DNA of 64,000 nt from Octopus bimaculoides (Eukaryota). The DNA is taken from positions 22,097,712-22,161,711 of the forward strand of contig NC_069006.1 in the NCBI RefSeq assembly GCF_001194135.2, in the 5' to 3' direction. The position numbers were made by a program, and so were the translations under genes. Below the pieces are notes generated by a model. The model made no database searches. It had not been told where the DNA came from and was given only the letters and a program-made list of their open reading frames with translations. Positions 12,492 through 26,213 of this stretch are shown here, piece by piece. Each line of letters starts with the position of its first letter. Positions within the stretch are counted from its first letter, which is position 1.

Positions 12492-13383
12492 CATTAATAC
12501 ACTGCTACCACATATACATGAACACAAATGCGCACACATACACATATGTGTGAATTGTAGTTTGAGATATTTGGTAAAGTTAATGTATCTAAATAATTTA
12601 AATAATTTCAAAACAAAAAAAAAAACAGAATTTTATTTTTTAAAATGTAATTTAGATTAATTTAGTTCTTAAGAGACAGCAAATAACATTATTAAATTAC
12701 GTTATAAAATGTCTTGATGCAATCTGATTTTACAATTACATTTGCATTTTATCATTATTATTATTGTTGTTGTTGTTGTTGTTGTTTGGCTTTTGCTTTC
12801 TTGTAAAACAAGAAAAAAATTCTGAAAGAAAGGAAAAAGAATGAGTGAAAGAAAGAAGCAGAAGTCTGAATGAAAGAAAGTTAAGAAAGAAAAAAATTCA
12901 AAAAATAAATGTTACTAGAAAATAATATAAACTCATTTTCTTGTTCGTCAAGGAAAATGATTTAATAAAAATTCAAAACACTCTCTTAACTAAAATAATA
13001 TTTTGTTTTAAATTACGAATAATTAGCACATGTAAAAAAGATCTCAGAAATTTTCATTTCGTTTTTGTTTCATTTCATATAATAACTTTCAACAGTTATT
13101 CTTTATCTTCAAATTTCATTGCTTCATGAATTAATTTTTTATATTTCTTTTTGTTTTTAGTGAAATGTTAAAAAAAAAAAAAAACTGAAAATATTTTGAT
13201 CAAACACATTGTTTCTTGTTTTGTTTTGTCTAAAAATTATTCAAATATGATATTATAGTACTATTTATTTAATATAGTACTATTATATATAATGTATTAC
13301 TACTATATAATATATTGCTACCATATATATGACAAGTATCTCTCTCTATATACACACACAATATATTACTAGTATATGATATA

Positions 13384-13596
13384 TTGGTTTCAAATTTTAG
13401 CACAAGGCTAGTAGTTTTGGTGGGGAGGGGTTAAGTCGATTAAATTGACCCCAGGGTTCAACAGGTAGTTATTTTATCGACTTTCAAAAGATGAAAGGCA
13501 AAGTCGACCCTGGCGGAATTTGAACTCAGAACATAAGACGGATAAAATGCTGCTAGGTATTTGACCTGACATGCTAACAATTCTGCCAGCTCACTA
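13384..13596 (-). mobile_element. tRNA-derived SINE (second family), near full length
   Basis: Reverse complement reads GTGAGCTGGCAGAATTGTTAGCATG...TTCTGAGTTCAAATTCCGCCAGGGTCGACTTTGCCTTTCATC; A box TGGCAGAATTG and B box GTTCAAATTCC are present. Confidence 0.8.
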
Positions 13597-13604
13597 TATA
13601 TGAC

Positions 13605-13661
<57 letters not shown>

Positions 13662-14030
13662 CACACATACACACACACATATATATATATATGAACTTTA
13701 TCAGGAGAGGACAGATAGCAACTTCAAAGTTTCAACTCCAAAGTCACTGTCATCCTTCTTCTTGTAAAACAATAATAAAAATGTACTCTAGAATAGAAAA
13801 GAGTACTTAGTAATTCTTCAGTTTAATCTAAAATTATTTGTAGCATAACTAAACAATAAAAGACACATTTATATACAAAGTATTACTACTATATAACATA
13901 TTGCTACTATAAAATATATATTCTGTATGCAACCGTTTTATATGAGCGTGTACATATATCCAACAAGTAATATATTATAACTATCCATCCATTTTTTCCA
14001 CCCAATATTTCTGGGAGGGTTATGGGGATA

Positions 14031-14355
14031 GACTGCAACCCCCTTGATTATTATGTGTGGGGCACATTTGAGTGAAAGACCAACAAAACTCCTTGTAACA
14101 CCAAAGATGAACTGAAGGCAAGGATTATGGCAGCACTGAGCAACTTAAACAAGGAGACTATCCAGAAGAGTTGCAGGAGATTCTGAAGTCATCTGGAAGC
14201 TGTGGTTGAAGCCAATGGCGATTTTAGTGAATAAATTTACTGTTTAGTATTTCAAGATATTGTTATGTAATTTTGGTAAATATATCTGTTAAAATGAGAT
14301 GTCAGTGTTATTTTCATTTTTGCATAATTTTGATGACAATATATTTGCCGCACCC

Positions 14356-14358
<3 letters not shown>
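14031..14358 (+). mobile_element. Tc1/mariner-superfamily (Tc1- or maT/DD37D-like) transposon remnant: transposase C-terminus plus right TIR
   Basis: 14031-14234 translates DCNPLDYYVWGTFE*KTNKTPCNTKDELKARIMAALSNLNKETIQKSCRRF*SHLEAVVEANGDFSE*, matching the SPDLNPLD..VWG motif and the C-terminal R..AV..A.G..E. Terminus ATATTTGCCGCACCCTATA at 14341-14359. Confidence 0.85.
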
Positions 14359-14388
<30 letters not shown>

Positions 14389-16116
14389 ATATATATATTT
14401 AAAATCTTACAGAACACTCGCTATGGTATTTCCCCTTTCCCACCCCACAATATATGAATTGTAGGGTTATCTAAATTTCTCAGTTTCATGTAGTTTGTTG
14501 TTGCTGTTCTTGTTTAGTGTCAGGTCACCCATGTTTGAGTAGAACACTGCTCCCATAGAGTTTCCTTCTATCTATCAAAATTTACTGGTATGGTTTCAGC
14601 TGACATAAATATGATATAAAACATTTTCCTATGGCATAATGCAGTCAGATTGAACCTGAAACCAAGGGATTCAGCAAAACAAACCATTTGGTTATGCTTG
14701 CACCCTAGAAGCTACAACAGCATTCTTAGTACCCTGAAATGTAATAAAAACAGGGCTTGAAAGTTATCTAGCAATATTCTAGTGTCAAACGTGCATGAAC
14801 TTTACCATTTCATCTTCATTGAAAGAACAAAAGGCAAACAAATAAAGGTTACAAATTAAGGTGATTATTTTCTACTTTATTCATTATTTCGACCCTCTCT
14901 TCTGCAATTAGCAAATAATTAAAACACTACAATCAACACTAAGTGGATATATAAGTGACTATTGACCAAAGTCATGAGCATAATGTTTCTCATTTATTCT
15001 CTCTAAAAGAGAGCAATTTTGTGTCTCTTTTTTGTTTTCCCCCTTCTTTATATTACTTTTACTCAGAAAAATCGATTTTTTGGCATGAAGTATGAGGGGA
15101 ACATTTATTATGATCAAAATAACACATCAGGTGTATCTCTTTGTAATCATTCCAACAGATAAACTATACCTTTTTCTTTTCCTTTTCCTTCTTTACAATA
15201 GTCTTCTTTATTTCTGTATCATAATTATCAGTCTTATTTCCACATCTAACACTAACAACATACACAGAGTATATATGTGTGTGTGTGTGTGTATATATAT
15301 ACACATACACACGTATATGTACAAACATATACACATATGCATATATATATATATATATACACCCGCACACACACGCATATACAAATACATATATACACAT
15401 ATACTGATAAATATGCTCTTTAGGTCTCTCTTGTAATAAGCTTTTCTCTCTACTCTCCTGTACACACACACTCATGCATGCACTCACAAACACATGCACA
15501 AGCACAAGTACACACACACATGCATGCACACACGCACACACACACACACGCACCTTCGCTCTTCCACTCAACATCAAAAGCTTTCAATGTTTCCGTTCTA
15601 ATCTAATCGGCATTGGCTTTTAATATGATGATGGCTGGCTGATGATTAGCAGAAGCTTATGTATAATACACTTTACTTGCAGTAATGGCAGTAGTAGCAG
15701 CAGTTGTAGTAATAGTAGTAGTAGTAATATTAGCAAGCATGCTGATGGTGAAGGTGCTGTTCATATTATTCTTCATGTATTTGTTGCCACGGTGTATTAT
15801 TTCTTTAAACAGTAGGTGTTTTATAGCAGAGATGTCATGTGCAGCGTAAACTGTTTTGACAGTAAAACAAAACCATGCATATCTATAATTGTAATATCAT
15901 TACCAACCCGTGAAAAAAAAAAAAGGAAAAAAAAGAGAAAGGAAAGAGGAGAAAGTTAGAAAAATAAATGCTTTTTTGCTTATTCTTTGATAAAAATCGA
16001 TTAAATTACACTCACACACATTGATACACACATACATGGATGTATATGTGAGTATGTACACATGCACACACATACATGTTTGTATGGATATATATAAATC
16101 TATATGTATGTATAAA

Positions 16117-16161
<45 letters not shown>

Positions 16162-16187
16162 AATTTATATATACATATGTATATGTT

Positions 16188-16241
<54 letters not shown>

Positions 16242-16347
16242 TACCCATATGCATGCATATATATATATATACATACACAGACTTCTATGCATGCATACAT
16301 ATAAAGTTAGAAATGCAGATAGACAAACAAATAGATCGATCAATGGT

Positions 16348-16413
<66 letters not shown>

Positions 16414-16878
16414 TAGATAGATAGATAGATAGACATAGGTAGATATATATAGAAAGATAGATAGGTAGATAGACAGACAGTTAGGTAGAAAGTTTCACTT
16501 TTTCTTTTTGTCAGAATGTTTTCTTTTCTTCCTAAGTTATCTTACCCAGAATTGAAAAAAAAACCCAACAAAACAAAATAAAAGCGAAACAAAACAATCC
16601 TATTCTTCCTTTCCCTCCCGACTCACAAACTTTTGTGGGTGTTTGTGTTAAGTACTATGTACAGTAAGAAATATAATTATGTAGAGATGTTTAGAGAAGA
16701 TGGAATTTAAAAAAAAAACAAGAAGAAGAAAAAAANNNNNNNNNNNNNNNNNNNNNNNNNNNNNNNNNNNNNNNNNNNNNNNNNNNNNNNNNNNNNNNNN
16801 NNNNNNNNNNNNNNNNNNNNNNNNNNNNNNNNNNNNNNNNNNNNNNNNNNNNNNNNNNNNNNNNNNNNNNNNNNNNNN

Positions 16879-16928
<50 letters not shown>

Positions 16929-17542
16929 GATATGTGCAGTTGTATATATGTATATATGAGTATTTATGTATGTATATATGTGCACACAGACACACACACA
17001 CATATATATAATATTGTATGCATATAAACATCTATTTTTGAAATACCCATGTCAATGGGATTACTCAAAATAGAATGTAATGACAGTGAGAGAGAATTAT
17101 TATATATTGTAAACTCTTCAGAGGAATAAATCATAATATTGAAAGTGTTGATATAATAACTGTTAGTTATACTGAATTCATACTATAATAATATTAATTT
17201 TTATTCTTAGCACTGTTGCACTGCATCATGACCAAAGTTACTGGCTCTTGGGAACTGATTGTTCTACATCTTTAGAAAATAATAACATCTGTTATTGTAC
17301 CACCTCTCAATGACATCAACACCGCCATCTTGTTTTAAAGAGGAATTGTGGTTTTCTACTTATTTTATGATTCACTTTTTTAATTAGTGCACTGATAGGA
17401 AGATTAACATTGCAAGTGAAAGTTGGCAAAGGTTTCAAAACCTGGCAACAATAATATTAATATGGGAATTGAACTTGGATATAAAGAGCTGAAAGATATA
17501 CTGCAAGGCATTTTTACCAACTTTGCTAATAACTATAGGTGC

Positions 17543-17720
17543 AGGCATGGCTGTGTGTTTAAGAAGGTTGCTTTCCAACCATGTGGTCTTGGGTTCAGTT
17601 CCACTGTGAGACACCTTGGGCAGGTATCTATTACTATAACCCCAGACCAACCAAAGGCTTGTGAGTAGAGTGATGTAGATTGGATTTGGGAGATAGAATA
17701 CAGGAAACAGCCTGTCGTGT
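17543..17720 (+). mobile_element. CORE-like tRNA SINE
   Basis: GGCTGTGTGTTTAAGAAGGTTGCTTTCCAACCATGTGGTCTTGGGTTCAGTTCCACTGTGAGACACCTTGGGCAGGTATCT. Confidence 0.75.
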
Positions 17721-18115
17721 ACATATATGATGGATTCTCTTTGACATTCAGATTACTCTGTCAAATGCAATGCTTATTTACTTAAAGGTTTTAAAACTAG
17801 TCAGATATTATCTTGTAGCATTCAGATTTTGATAATGTGACTGTTTATTTTTAGAATCACATTGGTGTGAGAGGCTAAGCTGCTTAGTGTGAACATAAAA
17901 CAGAATATTAGGGCTGGGTATAGCTGATTTAAATGCTCATGGGTTAAAACTAAACAATCACGTCATAAAAATGTTGAAGTTACAAGATAATACATGATTA
18001 ATTCAACACAATGTGAATAAATAAGCATTGCCTTTCATAGAGTAATGTATATGCAAAATTGACTATCACGTAAAGGAGAACTTTTGGTTATATAAATCTG
18101 CTTGCTCAGGTCTAC

Positions 18116-18121
18116 CTGGGG
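18116..18121 (-). CDS. Candidate 6-nt microexon CCCCAG (or AG|GT ratchet site)
   Basis: Minus strand ...GCTGTTTTTTTTTTATGTTGTTCATATTTAG|CCCCAG|GTAGAC. No AG for 125 nt upstream (18124-18248). The donor GTAGAC is weak. Confidence 0.3.
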
Positions 18122-18519
18122 CTAAATATGAACAACATAAAAAAAAAACAGCATGATATAAAATGAAACGATGTAAATAAACAGATATACAATGAACAGA
18201 GATCAGTATAAAATTAAAGCAGATAAGACATATGAGAAGAGGTGACAACTAAAGGAGAAATATGAGCAGGAGAAAACCTCATGGGAACAATTACATCAGT
18301 TCTTGTTCGAATGTCAAACCAATTAGCAAATGAAAATATAAATAAAAAGCAATTAATTAAGAATTGAAAGAGGCCAAAACTTCATACCTTGTATCAATTT
18401 ACAATTATGTAAAAAGCCCCTTGAATGAATGGGTGATAGCGAATTCCATGATTTAGTAAATTTATATTTTAAATCTATTCTTAAACTTATTTACTGAATA
18501 TATTCCATTGAGATGTACT

Positions 18520-18832
18520 TTTGTGAATATGTGTGAGTATAGGAGTAAATGCAAGTGTGAGTATGTATGAATTTGTGTATGAGTTTATATGCACATGTGG
18601 GTACAAGTTTATATGAACATGAGTGCATGAGTATATTCAAGTATGAATGTGTGTATGTATGAGTTTACATACATATGTGTGTATATGAGTTTATATACAC
18701 ATATGTATGAGCTTTTATGTACATATGTAAGTGTATAAAAGTTAATATGCACATGTGTATATGAGTTCATATGCATGTGCGTGTGAGTGCATATGCATGT
18801 GTGATGTGTGTGTGTGTGTGTGTGTGTGTGCA
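18520..18832. repeat. Degenerate (TGTGTATATGAGTTTATA)-like minisatellite / microsatellite mosaic
   Basis: Recurrent ATGAGT(T/G) units spaced about 20-24 bp. Confidence 0.6.
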
Positions 18833-19559
18833 TATTTGTTGAAGAGATGTATATAAGATCATTTCAACTGGAAAGTATTCACCAATTAAAATAACAACAT
18901 GAACAAAATAATTTCTGAATAATTAGAAGGCTTATATTAGAGGAGATTAAAACAAAGAAACATCAATGTTATGTATTAACAATTAAGTACATTTTGCAAG
19001 CACAAGGGTCTTGGTTCAATTTCACTGGGTAGCATTGAGGGTAAATATCTTGAACCATAGTCTCAGATTGACCAATATCTTGTGATGGAATTTGGCTGAC
19101 AGAATCTGTCTAGAAGCCTGCTGTGCATGTATGCATCTGTTTGTGCATGCATCCTCATGCACACACACACACACACATGCATGCATCCTATTTCTAAGTA
19201 AGGTAATATTTTCCTATGACCAGATAGATTTTCATGGACACTTGGTAGTGAAGGACACTGCTTAGATGACGGTGACACTTGTTTACAACTATCATCCAAT
19301 GTGAAGACAAGGAGACAATAACACACACANNNNNNNNNNNNNNNNNNNNNNNNNNNNNNNNNNNNNNNNNNNNNNNNNNNNNNNNNNNNNNNNNNNNNNN
19401 NNNNNNNNNNNNNNNNNNNNNNNNNNNNNNNNNNNNNNNNNNNNNNNNNNNNNNNNNNNNNNNNNNNNNNNNNNNNNNTATATATATATATATATATATA
19501 TATATTTTTAAAATTCAGTATATGATTTTATGAGCTACTATTAGTTTCATGTCATGAAA

Positions 19560-19680
19560 GCATGCCAAACAAGGCTTTGGTTGGCTTGGGGATACAGTAG
19601 AAAACACTCAAAGTACCACAGTGGGACTGGACTTGGAGCCATGTAGTTGGGAAGCAAATTTCTTCTCACAGAGCCACGCT
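19560..19680 (-). mobile_element. CORE-like tRNA SINE
   Basis: CAAGGCTTTGGTTGGC...CAGTGGGACTGGACTTGGAGCCATGTAGTTGGGAAGCAAATTTCTT. Confidence 0.7.
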
Positions 19681-20039
19681 TACATCCTCTCACATGAATT
19701 TAAATAAAAAATAAAAACAAAAATGACAGCTAGATATCTTCTGACAATTTATGAATTTGTGTTTATAATATATACAAATAGCTCTGCTGTTTATACAAGC
19801 AGTGAGATATGTTTATATGAGCTTCTATGTAAAGAGCAAGTATGATATCTGTGTAAAAAAAAATCTTTGATTTGTTTTGCTTATGATTAATGAATAAATA
19901 AATAAAGGTTTTAGTTTTGATTCAAAATTATAGACCCTAGCTTTCTGAATGAAAAATGTTTGCTGTTTTTGATTAAAATTAAGACTGACATAATTAGATA
20001 TATATCTAAAATTATTATGTGTATGGGTGTGTCTTCGTA

Positions 20040-20078
<39 letters not shown>

Positions 20079-20379
20079 GTACATGTGCATCTGTGTAGAT
20101 ATACATTTTTTATTGATTCCTGTCATTGTACAGAGGCCATGCTGGGGCACTACCACAAGGGTTTCCAGTTATTCAAATCAATAGATTTGTTTCAATCGTG
20201 CATTTATTCTATCAACCTCTATTTATACAATGGTCATATATGTCTATATATCTTTTGACATATAGAGATGTAATTCAACTCACTGGCTTACACCTGTACA
20301 TGCAAATTTACACAGATATACACACACAAATGTATGAGTACACACACACACACTTATATACACACAAATACATGAAGGT

Positions 20380-20550
20380 GCATGGCCTGGTTGATAGAGT
20401 GTTGTATATATAATCATATGATTGTGGTTTTGATTCCCAGATCAGTGGTGCATTGTGTTCTTGAGCAAAACACTTCATTTCATGCTGCCCCAATCCACTC
20501 AGTTGTAAACAAGTAACACTGTAATGGACTGGCATTCTATTCAGTGGGAA
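20380..20550 (+). mobile_element. Third tRNA-like SINE variant
   Basis: CATGGCCTGGTTGATAGAGTG...GATTCCCAG...TGTGTTCTTGAGCAAAACACTTCATTTCATGCTGCCCCAATCCACTCAG; related copy at about 62975-63100. Confidence 0.5.
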
Positions 20551-20859
20551 GAAGACCTGCATTATATCTATTTTTCAAGTTCCTCCATGACTGTTAGAAT
20601 GAAGGATGGGTATTATCTTTAGACAGGAGATCTTTCCCAAATGCCTGCAGTAGATGGAACTCTACTAAAGGCATCCATATGTTTGGTGGTGGTGTTTCTG
20701 AACAGTTTCTGTCTTTCTAGTTTCACTCACAAAAATTTGGTTGATCTGATGTGGTAGGAGTTATTTTTCAAGAAGCTGTGCAGTTGGAACAACCTCCAAG
20801 TTTCAAAGCAAATCATCTTAAACACACAGCCATTCCCCATGGCCTTTGCAAACCATCCA

Positions 20860-21110
20860 AACATTGATGATATTGATATGGTTAATGTTTCTATAGAAGA
20901 AGTGAAAGTTGATGGTTGTAGGAAGGGAATTGCAGAGGGTTGATACTCTGGTGGGAAGGAATGACTATAGCCAAAGTAGTTGCTCCAAAGCTGATGGGTT
21001 GGACATAATATAGGTTATGAGAGGTGAGGAGTGAGTAGGAACAGTATGAGATCAATCAGCTCTGTGGTCACTGTAGTAGTTATAGAAGAGGCAGAGTCTG
21101 GAATACTACT
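20860..21110 (-). mobile_element. Degraded CR1/L2-like LINE ORF2 C-terminus
   Basis: Minus strand gives FLPTRVSTLCNSLPTTINFHFFYRNINHIN, resembling the FFPRT..LWNSLP motif at CR1/L2 ORF2 ends. Confidence 0.5.
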
Positions 21111-21465
21111 AATTCTGGCTATAATTAAAAACTAAAACATTAAACAACATAAAAATCAATATCTTTAAAAGCCATAACTACATCAATGATAGATTGTTAT
21201 CTATGAAAATGTAGATATTTTTGGTGTAAGACTTTTCAAAGTTGTAACGCTACCCTGGTACTTGCAATATATCTTTTATATTTTACTTGTTTCAACCACT
21301 GGATTGCAGCCATGCTGGGGCACCATCTAGAAGGGTTTTGTTAAACAAATCGACCCCAGTGCTTATTATTATTATTTTTTTAAAGTCTAGTACCTATTCT
21401 ATTAAATAATACATGTAACTCATGCTAAATGTGTTGAGTTTCCTTTTCTTTCGTTTGTCCACTCA

Positions 21466-21526
<61 letters not shown>

Positions 21527-21741
21527 CCTGAGTTGTCTGACAGATAGGTTTGCTTTTTTCCCCTTCATTTGAATTAACACAAAAAATATTTTTATCATAA
21601 TGTTTTATAGGCTTTTTTTTTTTTGTAGCTCTATTTTTCTTATACAACTTCTGTTTACCATTTTTGAAACTTGAATAAATTTCATCACTTTTCAGACATA
21701 TGATGATGGACTGGCAAGTAGAAAAAAATGAAGAACAAATT

Positions 21742-21774
<33 letters not shown>

Positions 21775-22316
21775 CACTCACAAGGCATTGGTCAGCCCAT
21801 AGCTGTAGCAGAAGTTTAAAGAAATTTGCCCAGGGTATCATGGTGTGGGATTAAACTCTCCCACACCCATAAAAAAAACGCAGTTGCAAAGCAAACCATT
21901 AAATAACACAACCATTAGAATGCTTAAAAGTTGTGAAACCACCCTGACATTAGTTGTAACAATGATATAGCTGTAACACATTCCTCTAATTGGTGTAACA
22001 AAGATAAGGATGTAACACCGCCCTGATAATTGATGCAGAAATACTAATGTTGCAACTACTCCTCTCTGATACTTCTAACAATGGTAAGGCTTTAACACCA
22101 CCACATCCTCACTCACTAAAACAGTAATAGCTATACATAAAATAATTTGATTTCTTTGATAGATTCAATAAGATTAATATTTTCAATTTGTGAATTCCTA
22201 AAATAGATTAGAAAAGACAATAAATTCACACAAAGATATATACACAAACAGCACATACATATGCATACATTTAACCATACACACACACACATTTACAAAC
22301 ATATACACAATATATA

Positions 22317-22394
<78 letters not shown>

Positions 22395-22431
22395 TTATTT
22401 ATAAACATATATATTACAATTATTACACACG

Positions 22432-22470
<39 letters not shown>

Positions 22471-23249
22471 TCATATGTATACATTTATATACATATTCAT
22501 ATATATACACGTATAGTTCTGTGTGTATATATTTGTGTCTGTATATATAACTCACTCATACATAATATATACACACAATATATACATATACAGACAAGTA
22601 AATATATAAAGTATGATGTTGAATATTTCAGGGTTATTTATTTATTTATTTTGTTTCTTCCAGTGTTATGTGCAAATCTTTTGAATCGTGTCTAAGAAAT
22701 TGAAATGGTTCAAACAATTTTGAAATAAAATTTCTGAAATTATATGAAAAATTTTTGCTGGAGTAAAATATTAAAAAAAATAAAAATAAAAATGTAGTAA
22801 TTTAAAGTAAAAAAAAAAAAGGAAAATAAAAAGACATATTTATAACAAAAAAAAAACAAAGAAATGGGAAAGAATTGTAAAATGTAAATATGAAATTGTG
22901 TTTAGCAAAACACATCATAGTAACAACTATGCTACCTTTCATCAACAATAAACTTCAACACAAGTAGGGAAAAAAATATCAAGTTGAAAAGCCTTTCCAG
23001 TTGTTATATGAAGGTGCTAAGTTCAAATAGATATAAACATGAGATAGAGTGAACACATATAGAGATAGAAAACACATGAGATAGAGTGAAAACACACAGA
23101 GATTGGTGAGATATGATAAGGTTATGGCAACCTTGAGTAAATGTCATATTTTACAATGAGATTTGTGGGAGAGAAAAAAATAATACCAAATATCTACTTC
23201 TCAGCATCTTCTCCATGGAAAAATTTGAAATTCAGTTTAGTACACTGTA

Positions 23250-23925
23250 CATATAAGGAAATGTCAACAACGATTTGAGCTGGACAAGCCAGATCTCTAA
23301 AATTGTAAGACTTTTGTCTCTTCAGCTATTTATTTAAAACTGTGTATGGCTATGGTGTGTCCACTGAGTTTGAAACCCCTATCTTTCTCAGTATATCAAT
23401 CTCCTGGAAACTGTTCAGAAACATGCAACCGGATGAATACCCACCATCACAGGCATCTACCATACTCTGAATGTCTTGTTTCCCTGGGCATAGAGACATT
23501 AAGGCTCTGACATCTGGCAACTAACTTGGTAGACCCCCACAAAATTATCCACCATCTTTCCATTAACAATCTTGGGTACCTTTTGAATTCCATATGTCTA
23601 ACACTGGTGGATATGCTTACAAATCAAAAAACAACGCAGCACCCATGACTTTCAGAAACATTTTTTGATGCTAAGAATAGCTGAAGCATTGAATAGAGTA
23701 CCTCCATCATTGTTAGCTGTCAGGACACCATATCCTTCAAAACTTCCATACTTCCTGAAATTTGCCAACAAGTACACCTGATGCCCTCACCACACATGTT
23801 TGTAATGACTCATTCACTGTTCACTTCCTTTGCATTATTCTATGTACTGTTCATGCATTTTTGGCTACATTTTTCTGATGAGTTATAGTGCACCTGAGCA
23901 ATATAAGTGCATTATATTATATTAT
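23250..23925 (+). mobile_element. CR1-clade LINE 3' fragment (RT C-terminal region, 3' UTR, (ATTAT)n tail)
   Basis: Translated pieces NDLSWTSQISKI, NPYLSQYINLLETVQKHAT and QIKKQRSTHDFQKHFLMLRIAEALNRVP match the CR1 ORF2 end (WNPY...LE.VQ..AT; F..R....WN.LP). Multiple stops and frameshifts. Confidence 0.8.
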
Positions 23926-25024
23926 ATATAAATCATTATATCTAAAGTGTTCAGCAACTAATTAATATGTTCATTACTCTTATTGTTTGAATTAATATCT
24001 GCATTACAAATCTTGTCCCATGAATTTCTAATTACATTAATCGCTTTAGTACCAACCTGTCCAAGACTTCCTTTTGTTCCGTGATGCTAACTGGCTGCTT
24101 TAAAATGACGCAAATTCAAACCTCCCATCAAAATTCAATGTTAATTTGTTTCAGACACCATCTTAACAATGACAAAGTTATTTTGCTAAATACTTCATCA
24201 TTTTCTAAATTAATTGAAAGAAAAGCAGTCTTTCAAAAGAAATTTGGTAATGAAAGGGCTAAAGACATTGGAGTTTGGTCTAGTCCTTTGGCTTGTCAGC
24301 TCTTGTCAAACTGTCTGACTCATGCCAGCATTGAAAATGAAAGTTAAAAGATGATGATGACGATTGAAAGTGTCATCAACTTAACTGATAATGATATTTC
24401 AACTCTTATCCTCTGAATTGCTAAATAAAGGCACATTGTTTTTGACTTTGTTGCTTGTTTTAAGAAATTAATTGCAAAAATAAACCTTAACTTCAGTTGA
24501 TTCATCTGACTTTACAGTGGTCTCTGCAAACATATTTAAAAGCATAAAAATTTTTTAAAATACACCAACAAAAACCTATACTGAAGTGGAAAATCAAATA
24601 AAATACATGTGAAAATATGTACAAACCATTTATAAAACAGATATAAACTAATTAATTTTTAAAATGTTTTCTCATGTTACACTGTTTTTCAAGTTAAGCT
24701 GCATGTCTTGAAACCAATTATCAACTAAGGTGATGTATGCCTGTGTATTTTAAACCTGATCCCTTAAGTTGCTACATGCATTATAACTGCCACTATCTTA
24801 ATTGTTAACCTGTTAACATGTAGCAGCTCTCTCAATGGCTTATCAAAATACACATGAATCATACAGATGTTGAATTATGTCCACACACCATTCCCATGAC
24901 TATCCAAACCAATTATAGATACTGACCCACACACCTTAAATAAGACAAAAACGAGGTTTTATGTGATAACTTAACCTGCAAAAAATAGCAGCCAAATCTC
25001 CATCAAACAAGAATGCAACTAGTT

Positions 25025-25055
<31 letters not shown>

Positions 25056-26176
25056 GGAAGATCTAACTGGATTAATGTATAAGGCAGTACTGAAAAGTTC
25101 TCCCATACAATTAGCCTGTACATTGGACAGGAAGACATTTCCATCATCTCAGTTCTGAGCAGAGTTGCCTGCAGCTTTCCAAATGATGCTAAGTTGCATC
25201 AGATCTTCTTTGACGGTAGCATGCCATTTCTTCTTGGGTATCAGTTGGAAAACATTACTTGCAACTCTTACTCTTCTCCCCACTACAATCTCCTGCAGGT
25301 GAGGCCGTGCAGACAGGCTCTTTTCAGGACTTCAGAGTTTATGACTGTCCCTGTAGATCAATGTGTTTCCCAACCTATTTTCCCTCAGGCCTTTCTATAA
25401 CTTTCTAGAAAAATGTAGGCCCCCACCAGTGGTAGGAAAAATCAACTTTATTTTTAAGATTTTGATCACAATTATTTAATAGAAAAGAATCTATCAGTAA
25501 CTCTTTTATTAAGTACTGAGTATAAAAAGAGTACATTATTGACTAAGAAAAAAAAGTGACACACTTTAATAAGAACCTTGTACCTGACAACTACGGCACC
25601 ATGCCCCACCACAATTTTCCAGGTCCCATGCTGGGAATCACTGTTGTAGTTGATTCTGAGCATTCTGCATAAACACTATTGGTAGAATGCATTCAACTTC
25701 TGAGTGAACCTGGCAGTCATTTTCTAAATTACAACTAAAATAAAAATAGCAGAGTAGCCAAGAAGATTGCTTTCTATCCTCATAGCTTCTAGTTCAATCC
25801 CAGTGTCTACCATTACAAGAAAGTGTCCTCTATTCTAGCCTCACATTGAACAATATGATGGGAAACAAAACTTGCTTTTGCACACTATCTAACCAAACCA
25901 ATCACTCAGCCAAACTTCAAAGTCACTATCAATAAAATTATTAGAAATATCAAACACTATGCTTGTACTGAGTCTCCTTTATTCAGTTAATGTCTGCTGT
26001 TTTTATAAATATAAAAAGCATTCCTTTTAAAACTGTGTGCATGAGAGAGAGAGAGAGAAAGTAAGAGTGTATGCACACACATCCATGTATACAGATATAA
26101 ATAATTGGTGTGTTGAATTATGGCCCTTTATAATAAAACAGAGTAAACATTTGTATATTTGTAATATATATATATA

Positions 26177-26213
<37 letters not shown>

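Noticed and set aside
24970-25000. Minus-strand TTTTTTGCAG|GTTAAGT
   Set aside because: Part of the recurrent GATTTGGCTGCTATTT(C)TAGC repeat (also near 48146, 55790, 59514).
25472-25663. Possible minus-strand exon (MLRINYNSDSQHGTWKIVVGHGAVVV) ending CAG|GTACAA
   Set aside because: Weak acceptor and no recognisable protein similarity.
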